64,000 nt of DNA from the IMG/VR virus record IMGVR_UViG_3300045051_000846; one strand, 5' to 3'. Under the pieces are notes generated by a model that was not told the origin of the DNA, made no database searches, and saw only the letters and a list, made by a program, of their open reading frames with translations. Below are positions 26,861 through 35,698 of this stretch, one piece after another (within the stretch, counting starts at the first letter, position 1; each line of letters begins with the position of its first letter). The stretch is from a virus. The position numbers and the translations under genes are program-made.

Positions 26861-27456
26861 TGAGCACCAAGATCTACACCGCCTGGCGGTGCCCGGTCGC
26901 CCGGCTCAACAACACGCTCCTGGAGCTGCGGAACGCCGCGTTCCTGGAGGCGGCGAAGTGCGTCAAGAAGTACGCCCGCACCGTGCCGGCCGCGGACGTG
27001 AACAAGGAGGCGGAGGCGACGGCCGCCGCCCGGGGCAGCAGCGTGACCGGGTGGTTGCAGCGGGAGTCCCGGGTGCGGCTGGCGTTCGACGAGGCCGTGC
27101 GGTCGAGCGAGGCCAAGGACCGCTCGGGCCTGCTGGAGATCGACGCGTCGCTTAACGTGTGGCTGCACGGGCGGCACGCGTACCTGATCGGGTACGGCGA
27201 CCTGTGGCCGTACGAGTACAACCCGCCGGGGGCCGAGGACTTCCGGTACTGGAACAACTCGGACGGGCCGGACGACCTCAGCCGCCGGAAGTGGGACGCC
27301 CGCCGGGCCGCGTGGGACCGGGCGGTCCTGGACCACGACTGGGACGCGACGCGGATGGTCCACACGGTCATCAACGCCGCGGAGAACGACTTCGGGCTGC
27401 ACGAGGTCTGCAAGCTCGTGCTGCCGCGGTGCGACCCGTACCGGGTGCTGCGATGA
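26860..27456 (+). CDS. hypothetical protein
   Basis: TAGTG coupling; YWNNSDGPD motif. Confidence 0.7.
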   Translation: MSTKIYTAWRCPVARLNNTLLELRNAAFLEAAKCVKKYARTVPAADVNKEAEATAAARGSSVTGWLQRESRVRLAFDEAVRSSEAKDRSGLLEIDASLNVWLHGRHAYLIGYGDLWPYEYNPPGAEDFRYWNNSDGPDDLSRRKWDARRAAWDRAVLDHDWDATRMVHTVINAAENDFGLHEVCKLVLPRCDPYRVLR

Positions 27457-27659
27457 ACTACCTGCCGCACATCCGGGCGCACGTCCTGCGGGGGCGGGGC
27501 GGTGCCCACTACTGGCAGCTGCTGGAAGAAGTCGTGACGGCGATGTCGCCGGCACAGCAGGAAGCCCTCCACCGCGTACTGGAGGGGGCGAAGGACGAGG
27601 CCGTCATGGAGGCCAAGCGGGAAGTCCGCAAGGCCCCGTGGCGATTCATGGGGAGCTGA
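27453..27659 (+). CDS. hypothetical protein
   Basis: ATGA coupling. Confidence 0.6.
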   Translation: MNYLPHIRAHVLRGRGGAHYWQLLEEVVTAMSPAQQEALHRVLEGAKDEAVMEAKREVRKAPWRFMGS

Positions 27660-27662
27660 GAG

Positions 27663-27977
27663 TTGAACGCGACCACCCGCGAGCAGACCGACGTGGCGAA
27701 CTGGCTGGCCGGGCTGGGCGAGCCGACCCGGCTGATGATCCTGAAGACCCTGGCGACGGGGTCGAAGAACGTCACCGAGCTGGCCCGCATCCTGAACGTC
27801 GAGATCGTCAACGTGTCGCACCACCTGGGCGTGCTGCGGCAGAACAAGATCGTCCTGGACGAGAAGCAGGGCCGGTTCGTGATCTACCGGCTGGCCGAGG
27901 GGATCGAGGTCAAGGACCAGACGCTGGTGCTGACGCACGTGGCGAGCAAGACGGTCCTGACGATCCCGCTCCACTAG
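27663..27977 (+). CDS. ArsR/SmtB-family HTH regulator
   Basis: LGEPTRLMILKTL...NVTELA...VSHHLGVLR...IV...KQGRFVIYRL. Confidence 0.88.
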   Translation: MNATTREQTDVANWLAGLGEPTRLMILKTLATGSKNVTELARILNVEIVNVSHHLGVLRQNKIVLDEKQGRFVIYRLAEGIEVKDQTLVLTHVASKTVLTIPLH

Positions 27978-27987
27978 GAGGGCGACG

Positions 27988-28491
27988 ATGGCGGTGACTG
28001 ACGTCCGCAAGACGCTGCCCAAGGGCGTCAACGACGTGGACATGAACGAGCGGGGCGAGCGGCGGGGGTCGCTCGCCGGCTACGGCAACCCGTACGAGCA
28101 GCAGTCGGTCTACGCCGCCATGCGGGCGTGGGGCGTCCAGAAGTGGTGGCTGATCAACCACCGGGCGACGGTCACCGTCAACGGGCTGCCGCGGATCAGC
28201 AACGACGGCGGGCCGCGGTACATGCTGCTGTTCCCGGACGGGAAGTGGCGGTACGCGACGTTCGGCGGGCTCAACGGCCCGCCCTGGTTCTACTGCCCGT
28301 GGGAGGGGTGGGAGGCCCCCAACGGCGAGACCGCCCACCTCCAGATGCTGCTCGACCGGAAGATCGACCAGCGGGCGACCCTGCTGGCGCAGGTGACGGC
28401 GGCCGAGGCGGCGATCGTCGAGCTCGGCGACAAGCTCACGGCCGCGAGCAAGAACCCCGAAAGGAGCGACGAGACGTGGAAGGCGAACTGA
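27988..28491 (+). CDS. hypothetical protein
   Basis: SD AGGAGG; ORF track. Confidence 0.7.
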   Translation: MAVTDVRKTLPKGVNDVDMNERGERRGSLAGYGNPYEQQSVYAAMRAWGVQKWWLINHRATVTVNGLPRISNDGGPRYMLLFPDGKWRYATFGGLNGPPWFYCPWEGWEAPNGETAHLQMLLDRKIDQRATLLAQVTAAEAAIVELGDKLTAASKNPERSDETWKAN

Positions 28492-29279
28492 TGCTGAAGC
28501 CGAAGGGGGTCGGGATCGAGAAGATCCCCGTCGGCAAGCTGGTGGAGTACGGGCTGAAGAACCGGTACATGACGGAGGACGACATGTACGGCGGGGTGCC
28601 CATGCTGGGCGGGCTCCTGCCGGACTGGGCGATCCGCGAGTTCGTCACCATCGACGACTTCGTCGACTACCACCAGTGCCCGCGGGACGTGGTGAGCTAC
28701 GGGCTGACGTCGGCCGGGTACGACATCCGGGTCGGCGGCCACTTCAAGATCTTCACCAACGCCAACTGCGAGACGGTGAGCCCGAACAACATCCCGGAGG
28801 ACGCGTTCCTCCACAAGGACTTGACCGGGCACACGTGGGCGTCGGTGCCGAACGAGAAGAAGGCCGTGTGCGCCGCGTGCGGGGTGCGGTTCAAGACGAA
28901 CGAGGCCCGGTACAAGTGCGCGTTCCCGGCCCCTGGGACGCCCGACGTCATCAAGATCCCGCCGAACTCGTTCGCCCTGGCCGAGACGGTGGAGCAGCTG
29001 TACATCCCGCGGAACATCAACTGCCTGTGCCTCGGGAAGTCGACGTACGCCCGGTGCGGGATCATCATGAACTTCACCCCGTTCGAGCCGGGGTGGTTCG
29101 GCGTGGTCACGGTCGAGATCACCAACTCGACGCCGCTGCCGGTCGCCATCTCGGCCTACCAGGGGATCGGGCAGGCGCAGTTCCAGCTGATGGTGGCCCC
29201 GTGCCAGATCAGCTACGGCGAGAAGAAGAACGCCAAGTACCAGGGGCAGACGGGGCTCACGCTGCCGTCCGTCAGCTGA
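28491..29279 (+). CDS. dcd: dCTP deaminase with N-terminal extension and internal Cys/His insertion
   Basis: VSYGLTSAGYDIR, FKIFTN, IPPNSFALA, GKSTYARCG, PFEPGW.G..T.EI, YQGQ.G.TLP. Confidence 0.92.
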   Translation: MLKPKGVGIEKIPVGKLVEYGLKNRYMTEDDMYGGVPMLGGLLPDWAIREFVTIDDFVDYHQCPRDVVSYGLTSAGYDIRVGGHFKIFTNANCETVSPNNIPEDAFLHKDLTGHTWASVPNEKKAVCAACGVRFKTNEARYKCAFPAPGTPDVIKIPPNSFALAETVEQLYIPRNINCLCLGKSTYARCGIIMNFTPFEPGWFGVVTVEITNSTPLPVAISAYQGIGQAQFQLMVAPCQISYGEKKNAKYQGQTGLTLPSVS

Positions 29280-29289
29280 CCGGGGGCCG

Positions 29290-29658
29290 GTGATGCGAAA
29301 GAAGGAGCGGGGGAAGCGACGCAAGTCGTTCCCCCCGGTGCTGCCGACGCTCGACTACGCGAACCCGCGGTACGGGCTCGCGGCCGTCATCGCCGCGCAC
29401 GCCGAGAACGAGAACGGCCAGGTGTTCGACGGGTTCGCCCCCGACTCGGACGCGTGGCTGAACCACTCCGACATGCGGGCCGACCTGTTCCGGCGGACGC
29501 GGATGGCGTGGTGCCGGATCACCGGCCGGGACTTCACCCGGTTCCCGTTCTCGGAGGACTTCGTGGTCCGCCTGTACGGCCGGGTGATGCTGGCGTCCGC
29601 CGCCCGCCGGAAGGCGTGGCGGCTGGAAGTGACGCCCAGGAAGAAGGGGGAGCGATAA
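29290..29658 (+). CDS. hypothetical protein
   Basis: ORF track. Confidence 0.6.
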   Translation: MMRKKERGKRRKSFPPVLPTLDYANPRYGLAAVIAAHAENENGQVFDGFAPDSDAWLNHSDMRADLFRRTRMAWCRITGRDFTRFPFSEDFVVRLYGRVMLASAARRKAWRLEVTPRKKGER

Positions 29659-29879
29659 TGGCACCGCACACGCACGTCGTCTTGCTAGACAAGACGGGCC
29701 GCATCCGGGGGCTGGTCATGGTCCCCTGGGGGTGGCACGACGTCGCCAGGCGGGCGATCTCGGACCTGGTCGAGCGCGACCCGGCCCTGGTCTGCAACCC
29801 GTCCGAGCTGGTCAGCAAGCTGCCGGCCCAGATGCTCGCCGAGGTCGCCCCGTGGACCGAAGTAGCCGCGAAAGGATAG
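29658..29879 (+). CDS. hypothetical protein
   Basis: TAATG coupling. Confidence 0.55.
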   Translation: MAPHTHVVLLDKTGRIRGLVMVPWGWHDVARRAISDLVERDPALVCNPSELVSKLPAQMLAEVAPWTEVAAKG

Positions 29880-29882
29880 TCG

Positions 29883-30248
29883 ATGCCGCCGCCGAACCGA
29901 CGGTACAAGACGTCCGGCCGCAAAGGGCCGGACACGTCGAGCTGGTCGCCCGAGGAGCGGGCGGCGCACGAGCGGGCGAAGAAGCTCCAGACGCCGGTGG
30001 CCGAGCTCGCCCTCAGCGTGCGGATCATCAACACGCTGGAGGAGAACGACGTCATCCTGGTCGAGACCCTGATGACGCAGACGTACGAGTCTCTGCTGGC
30101 GATGAAGAACTTCGGCGAGAAGACCCTCACCGAGGTGCGGGCGGCGATTGCGACGCTCGGGCTCGTCCCGCCCGAGTGGAAGAAGCCGCCGAAGGAAAAG
30201 AAGCCGCCCAAGCCGAAGGGCGGGTTCATGGGGGGAGGTGTGTGGTGA
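29883..30248 (+). CDS. stand-alone RNA polymerase alpha-subunit C-terminal domain
   Basis: PVAELALSVRIINTL...V.TL......LLAMKNFGEKTL.EV...I..LGL. Confidence 0.85.
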   Translation: MPPPNRRYKTSGRKGPDTSSWSPEERAAHERAKKLQTPVAELALSVRIINTLEENDVILVETLMTQTYESLLAMKNFGEKTLTEVRAAIATLGLVPPEWKKPPKEKKPPKPKGGFMGGGVW

Positions 30249-30559
30249 CTCCGGTAACGCAGCTGCCGGCCGCCGAGCTGGTGGCGGAGTTCGAGCACCT
30301 GGAACAGGTCCGCGGGGCCACCAAGCTCCCTGACGACTTGGCGGCCCGGCACAACGCCCTGGTAGTTGAGCTAGGCCGCCGAGCGATCACAGCGGAAGAA
30401 CCGGGAAAGAAAGACGTCGTGGGCGTCTTCGCGCACAACGCAAGTGCGGCCGTATGCGCGCTGTGGAAAGCATACTACGACCGCCCGCGGGAAATGACCG
30501 ACAGCGAAATGTGGCGAGTCGAAGACCTGCTGCGGGCCTTCTTCATGACCATCAAGTGA
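30245..30559 (+). CDS. hypothetical protein
   Basis: GTGA coupling; less biased codons in the 3' half. Confidence 0.55.
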   Translation: MTPVTQLPAAELVAEFEHLEQVRGATKLPDDLAARHNALVVELGRRAITAEEPGKKDVVGVFAHNASAAVCALWKAYYDRPREMTDSEMWRVEDLLRAFFMTIK

Positions 30560-30567
30560 GGTGACCC

Positions 30568-30828
30568 GTGCCAAAGACCTACTACGCCTGGACCGGCGTC
30601 GGGGCGATCGAGGACTTCGACGGGGACGGCGATCACCCGGCCGTCACCGACCGCGAAGGCGCGATCGCCCTGTTCTCGCTGCTCGCCACCCAGCGCGAGG
30701 GCGACCTGACCGTGTGGGAGCGGGACGGCACCACCGCCAAGCTCGTCGCCGCGAAGTTCGGGTACGAGGTGGTCATCATCGGGGTGACCCGCAACGGCCC
30801 GTTCCACGTCGTCCGCAAGGGCGGCTGA
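30568..30828 (+). CDS. hypothetical protein
   Basis: SD GAGGTG; ORF track. Confidence 0.6.
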   Translation: MPKTYYAWTGVGAIEDFDGDGDHPAVTDREGAIALFSLLATQREGDLTVWERDGTTAKLVAAKFGYEVVIIGVTRNGPFHVVRKGG

Positions 30829-30848
30829 CCCCAAAACCCCTTTTTGAA
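30829..30848 (+). repeat. dispersed motif site 5: CCCCAAAACCCCTTTTTGAA
   Basis: directly after TGA 30828. Confidence 0.85.
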
Positions 30849-30860
30849 AGGAACCGCCAC

Positions 30861-32405
30861 GTGACACACAACGTCCACAAGATCGGCCCCTGGTTCAAGG
30901 CCCTGGCCGCCCGCGTCGCCGAGGCCAAGCGGGGCGACGTCATCGTCGTCGACGACCTGGAGATGATGCAGTACGCCTGCTTTGGGATCGAGTCCCGCGG
31001 CTTCGTCACGCACGACCGCGAGAAGGGGATCGTCGTCCACCTGGCCGAGGGTGCGTCGCCCACCGGGATCGAGAAGGGGACGATGCGGGGCACCGGGCCG
31101 TCGATGCAGAACATCCCGCGGGACAGCTCGCTGGGGTCCATGTTCACCGAGGCCCAGCGGCAGGCCGCCCGCACGATCCTGGGGATCGGCGTGAACCGGA
31201 ACGAGGACAGCTGGAACGAGGAGTCGCTGCGGGCCGGGAACGAAGTGTTCCGGCAGGTGAACGAGATGTTCGCCGAGCACGTCCAGATGCCCGGCCCGGT
31301 CACGCGCACGACGGTGAAGCCGAACGACCCGCCGCTGAAGACGATGAAGGACGTGGCCGAGGGGATCGAGCCGGTGTTCCGTCAGTTCCGGCCCCGGTGG
31401 GTGACCGGGGGCGGCACGGGGCGGTCGCTGTCGCAGGACTACACGATGGAGCTGCCGCTGAGCGGGTACAAGGTGCACGCCAAGGCCCCGTCCGGGCAGA
31501 TCACCGTCACCTGCGACGGCAAGCCGGTGCCGTTCGAGAACGTGCCGCGGGACGCCCTCCGCGAGATCGTGGCGTTCGCCAACAACCCGTTGTACTACCT
31601 GGCGGCGCAGCGGGAGCTGGTCCTGGGCACCGGCCGGCAGACCGGGAAGTCGGCCATGATGGAGGAGATCCGGCGGGCGTCCCTCGCCGCCGGGCAGACG
31701 GTGCAGACCGTCTCCGGCCGGACGCCCGAGCCGTCGCGGATGCTGACAGGCGACTGGGGGTACGGGCCGCTGACGCAGGCCGAGCCGACGAAGTGCTCGT
31801 TCAACTACGCCCTGGAGCTGCTGAGCCGGTGGTACGTCGACCTGGGCGACCCGAAGACGGCCAAGGAGCTGCGGGCCGAGATGCGGAAGGCGTACGAGCA
31901 GCAGGCGGCGATCACCATCAACCTCGTCCCGGAGGGCGAGGTGCTGCTGGTGCCGCCGGACCTGTACGACGCCGGGCAGAAGTTCGTGTGCCAGCAGTGC
32001 GGGCAGGAGTACGTGTACGGGCTGGCGAAGGAGAAGATGGAGTTCAACACGCCGCTGAACGTCAAGTGTCGGCGGTACAACCCGCTCGTGTTCTGCTGCG
32101 TGTCGCACGAGGACGAGTACCTGCGGAAGAACGGCCGCTACCCGGCGGTCGGGGCCGAGATCCTGCTGTCGCCGCCGGTGCGGTGCAACCTGCTCGACCA
32201 TTACAAACGGTCGGAGGGCGCGGTCGTCGACCCGCTGACCGGGAAGCCCGTCGGCAGCGTGGTCACCGAGAGCTTCACCACGCCGGCCGACGTGATGAGC
32301 GTCGACAAGGTCGCGGGGCTGCTGGGCTTCGAGGTCGCCGGGCCGACGGCGGTGGTCGAGCAGAAGGTCGCGGACGTGAAGCCCGGGGGTGCGCAGGAAA
32401 CCTAG
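30861..32405 (+). CDS. mosaic hypothetical protein with C-terminal zinc finger
   Basis: SD AAAGGA, GTG 30861; GTGRQTGKS; CQQC...FCC..H. Confidence 0.7.
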   Translation: MTHNVHKIGPWFKALAARVAEAKRGDVIVVDDLEMMQYACFGIESRGFVTHDREKGIVVHLAEGASPTGIEKGTMRGTGPSMQNIPRDSSLGSMFTEAQRQAARTILGIGVNRNEDSWNEESLRAGNEVFRQVNEMFAEHVQMPGPVTRTTVKPNDPPLKTMKDVAEGIEPVFRQFRPRWVTGGGTGRSLSQDYTMELPLSGYKVHAKAPSGQITVTCDGKPVPFENVPRDALREIVAFANNPLYYLAAQRELVLGTGRQTGKSAMMEEIRRASLAAGQTVQTVSGRTPEPSRMLTGDWGYGPLTQAEPTKCSFNYALELLSRWYVDLGDPKTAKELRAEMRKAYEQQAAITINLVPEGEVLLVPPDLYDAGQKFVCQQCGQEYVYGLAKEKMEFNTPLNVKCRRYNPLVFCCVSHEDEYLRKNGRYPAVGAEILLSPPVRCNLLDHYKRSEGAVVDPLTGKPVGSVVTESFTTPADVMSVDKVAGLLGFEVAGPTAVVEQKVADVKPGGAQET

Positions 32406-32424
32406 GCCCGCCCGCGATTAGAGG

Positions 32425-32488
32425 CCCCGCCGCTAGGCGGGGACTTAGAATCTATGTTTATTAGGTTAAAAAATTAACCTATAGGAGG
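32425..32488 (+). promoter_or_regulatory. AT-rich promoter/operator region
   Basis: hairpin CCCCGCC/GGCGGGG 32425-32442; -10-like TAGAAT 32446-32451; palindrome TAGGTTAA-AAAA-TTAACCTA 32462-32481; SD AGGAGG 32483-32488. Confidence 0.65.
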
Positions 32489-32492
32489 TTTT

Positions 32493-33506
32493 GTGGCGAA
32501 TCCCGACGCCAAGCACCTCAAGCTGGACTTCGACGTCGGCCGCGTGTTCGAGGCGTACCGCCACCGGGCGGTCCGCCGGGCCGTGATGATCCCGCTGTTC
32601 GGCAAGCAGGCCCCGACGGTGCTGCTGGACATCCCGAAGGCCCTGGACCTGGTACGGACGAAGTGGCGGCGGCGGTGCTACCAGCTCAGCAAGGCCGGGT
32701 GGCACCCGCTCCGCACCTGGTCGGCCGTGACGTACGCCGGCAACTGCCCGCCGTTCGGCGTCCAGACCACGACCACGGCCCGGTGCTGCCGCCGGCCGCT
32801 GGCGTGCCCGTTCTGCTTCGGCCGTGACTGGGTGCTGTACCCGTTCCGCAAGCTGGAGACGATCCTGTACGGCGTCAGCGGGCCGTACATGGTCGGGCAG
32901 CAGCTGTGGGAGCAGGACAACGACAAGGTCCGCACGGCCGGCGAGCCGCTGCTGCCCCTCCTGCGGCCCGACCTGAAGATCGTGTGGTTCCGCCGCAAGA
33001 TCATCTCGTACGGCGACCCCGAGTACCCTTTCGACCTGGAGAACGTGCGGCACCACGTCCACCACGTCGTCGCCGCGGTCCGCCGGTGGCGAAACATCGA
33101 GCAGGAGCAGTTCGGCTCGGACGCCAACACCATCCAGTTCAACATCTACCCGGTCCCGACGAAGCAGGTCATGGTCCTGGTGCGGTCCGGGGTGCTGCTG
33201 GTGCCCCAGGCTGTGCCGGAGTCGGAGGTGCGGCGGTTCGTGGAGGCCCAGCCGAAGAAGGGGCCGAAGACGGAGGCCGCGGCCGGGATGCTGGAGTGCA
33301 GCAAGGAGAACCTGTTCAAGGCGTTCACGAAGGCGATCCGCTACCCGTCGGCGGCCATGCGCGGCCTGCCCGACTGGACGGCGGCGACGCTGAACGCCCT
33401 GAAGCGGTTCCGCGGCATCTCGACCCCCGGCAAGCTGCCGCCGGGGGCGCAGGTGGAGTTCAGCCGGCCGGGCCGGGCGGGCGACGACGGCCTGGCGTTC
33501 TGGTAA
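32493..33506 (+). CDS. hypothetical basic protein with CC.P..CPFC motif
   Basis: strong SD; ORF track. Confidence 0.8.
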   Translation: MANPDAKHLKLDFDVGRVFEAYRHRAVRRAVMIPLFGKQAPTVLLDIPKALDLVRTKWRRRCYQLSKAGWHPLRTWSAVTYAGNCPPFGVQTTTTARCCRRPLACPFCFGRDWVLYPFRKLETILYGVSGPYMVGQQLWEQDNDKVRTAGEPLLPLLRPDLKIVWFRRKIISYGDPEYPFDLENVRHHVHHVVAAVRRWRNIEQEQFGSDANTIQFNIYPVPTKQVMVLVRSGVLLVPQAVPESEVRRFVEAQPKKGPKTEAAAGMLECSKENLFKAFTKAIRYPSAAMRGLPDWTAATLNALKRFRGISTPGKLPPGAQVEFSRPGRAGDDGLAFW

Positions 33507-33518
33507 CAGGAGGGCGAG

Positions 33519-33878
33519 ATGGCGAGAGACCCGGACAACACCCACAAGGGGAAGAAGCGGCTGCTGTCGCCGCGGTCCGACGTGTCGCGGGACACGCGGA
33601 AGAAGCAGCCGGACCCGAAGCCGGCGGCCGAGCTGTCGCCGGACGTGAAAGCGGCCGTCGCGGTCGGCGAGGAGATCCTGCGCGTGATCGAGGACGACGT
33701 GCGCGACGCCGCGAAGGCGAAGAACGCGGCGTTCTTCGAGGGCGTGGAGGAGAAGGCGAAGGCCATCTGCGACTCGATCGGCCGGTTCAACCGGGTGAGC
33801 GAGGGGCAGCGGGTCGCCCTGGACAACATGCTCACGGCGGTGAAGAAATGGGTGCACGGCGGAAGGGACGACGACTGA
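33519..33878 (+). CDS. hypothetical protein
   Basis: SD AGGAGG. Confidence 0.7.
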   Translation: MARDPDNTHKGKKRLLSPRSDVSRDTRKKQPDPKPAAELSPDVKAAVAVGEEILRVIEDDVRDAAKAKNAAFFEGVEEKAKAICDSIGRFNRVSEGQRVALDNMLTAVKKWVHGGRDDD

Positions 33879-34306
33879 CGGGCGAGGTGGTCTACGTGTG
33901 CGCCGCCGTCACGAAGCGGAGCACGCTGGACCTGTACGAGGCCGGGGAGATGGGCGAGTCGACGTACCAGATGCTGGACCAGGACTTCTCCCACATCCGG
34001 GGGGCCACGTTCCGGGAGCTGGCCGCCGAGATCGTCGACTTCTTCTCCCTGACCTACAGGAAGGGGAGCAAGCCGTTCGAGCTCAAGGACGAGCAGCTGC
34101 CGGACGCGACGGTGCTGATCTACGCCCGGCTGGAGCGCGAAGACGGCGAGCCGCCGACCCCGGCCGAGAAGCGGGCGTGGAAGAAGGACAAGTTCAAGCT
34201 CTACCACGCGGAGTACGAGTTCCGCGTGGAGAGGCAGACGATCGAACCCGTCCCGCTCCACGAGCTGGCCGCGTTCACGATCGGGGCGATGCCGAAGGTG
34301 TCTTAG
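33848..34306 (+). CDS. hypothetical protein, start uncertain
   Basis: 3' part of track ORF 32906..34306 reads as coding. Confidence 0.6.
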   Translation: MGARRKGRRLTGEVVYVCAAVTKRSTLDLYEAGEMGESTYQMLDQDFSHIRGATFRELAAEIVDFFSLTYRKGSKPFELKDEQLPDATVLIYARLEREDGEPPTPAEKRAWKKDKFKLYHAEYEFRVERQTIEPVPLHELAAFTIGAMPKVS

Positions 34307-34317
34307 GGAGGCCGACG

Positions 34318-34506
34318 ATGACGCGAGCCGGACTGCCGCAGACCGCCGAGGAGCTGGCGGCCGAGGTGTACGAGGCCATCCAGGCGTGCGACGGGGCGGG
34401 GCTGGTGGAGACCGACCCGGACCTGGTCGTCAAGACCCTGGCCGAGCGGTACGGCGTGAAGCCGAAGCGGATCGTCTTCCTCACGCCCGAGAAGACCAAG
34501 GAGTAG
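34318..34506 (+). CDS. small hypothetical protein
   Basis: SD GGGAGG, ATG 34318. Confidence 0.55.
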   Translation: MTRAGLPQTAEELAAEVYEAIQACDGAGLVETDPDLVVKTLAERYGVKPKRIVFLTPEKTKE

Positions 34507-34508
34507 CG

Positions 34509-34784
34509 ATGCGAGAGAGCACCCGCCGGGGGCTGGAGTTCGTCAAGGAGTGCATGGCCGCCGCGGAGAAGGAGCTGACCGAGGACGGCTTCAAGTACCA
34601 CTCCGGGCGGACGTGGGTCGGGCTGACGACCGACGGCGACGTCGTGACCGTCACCATCGACAAGAAGGAGGAGACCGCCCCGCCGGAGATCAAGATCTTC
34701 CGGGCGGAGGCGGGCGAGACGTTCGACCCCGGGGCCGCGCCCGGGAAGAAGCCCAAGAAGGGTAAGCCGAAAGATGGCGGTTGA
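34509..34784 (+). CDS. hypothetical protein
   Basis: SD AAGGAG, ATG 34509. Confidence 0.65.
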   Translation: MRESTRRGLEFVKECMAAAEKELTEDGFKYHSGRTWVGLTTDGDVVTVTIDKKEETAPPEIKIFRAEAGETFDPGAAPGKKPKKGKPKDGG

Positions 34785-35265
34785 GGATCTGCAAAGCCCG
34801 CCGTACCCCAACGAGGGTACGACGGCCGACGGGCTGCTCACCCACCTGCGGGCTCTCCGCGCGTGGGTGGGCGGCTACCGCGAGTCCCACAACAAGTTGG
34901 CGGGCCAGGATCTGATCCCGGCCCCGAAGAAGCCGCCCCAGAAGGAGGCGTACGCGGCCCTGCCGGTGCTGACCCAGATGAGCCACCTGCTGTTCATGCG
35001 GAAGGTCCGCGAGCAGTGGGACCACCTGGTCCGCACCTACGAGGCCGACTGGGACGACCAGCTGTGCGTCCGCCAGCGGGTCATGCTGCTGGCGTCGTCG
35101 GCGGTCCTGCTGAACAGCGGGTTCGCCCCGTACGAGCAGCGGGAGTTCCGGCGGCGGGCCGAGCTGGAGGAGTGCCAGCGGACCCTCGACAGCGTGGCCC
35201 AGGCCCTCCGCGACATCATGGAGCCGCAGGCGCATGAGCCGGACCAAGAAGCCCCGGGGGCGTGA
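34774..35265 (+). CDS. hypothetical protein
   Basis: ORF track. Confidence 0.65.
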   Translation: MAVEDLQSPPYPNEGTTADGLLTHLRALRAWVGGYRESHNKLAGQDLIPAPKKPPQKEAYAALPVLTQMSHLLFMRKVREQWDHLVRTYEADWDDQLCVRQRVMLLASSAVLLNSGFAPYEQREFRRRAELEECQRTLDSVAQALRDIMEPQAHEPDQEAPGA

Positions 35266-35698
35266 CCGCCCGGACGACGATGACGTGTTCGACGAGCTGA
35301 TCGACAAGCCCGTCGAGTCGAAGCCGAAGGTGCGGAAGGACGGGTGGCCGGAGGACGTCCCCGTCCTGGTGGCCGACGACATCTGCTGGCAGTGGTCAAC
35401 GCGGAACGGCCGCCACGATTTGCAGGTGTGGATGGAACTCACGTTCAACCCTAGCTTCCCGTCCGACGACGTCTGGTACGCGGACGCGTACCGCGTGTTG
35501 TGTGAAGTGATCACCGAGCGGTTCAAAAAGACGGTGACGTCGCTCTGGCTGTTCACCGAGTTCACGCACAAGCACCGCCTGCCGTCGTTGGCGTGGCAGG
35601 CGGCGTGCTGGAACGAGATGCTGCACCGGCTCGGGTACGGCGTGCCCAAGGCGAGCCGCAAAGACCCCGGCTTCAAGCCGCGGAAGGAGGACGAGTGA
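35234..35698 (+). CDS. hypothetical protein
   Basis: ORF track. Confidence 0.65.
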   Translation: MSRTKKPRGRDRPDDDDVFDELIDKPVESKPKVRKDGWPEDVPVLVADDICWQWSTRNGRHDLQVWMELTFNPSFPSDDVWYADAYRVLCEVITERFKKTVTSLWLFTEFTHKHRLPSLAWQAACWNEMLHRLGYGVPKASRKDPGFKPRKEDE

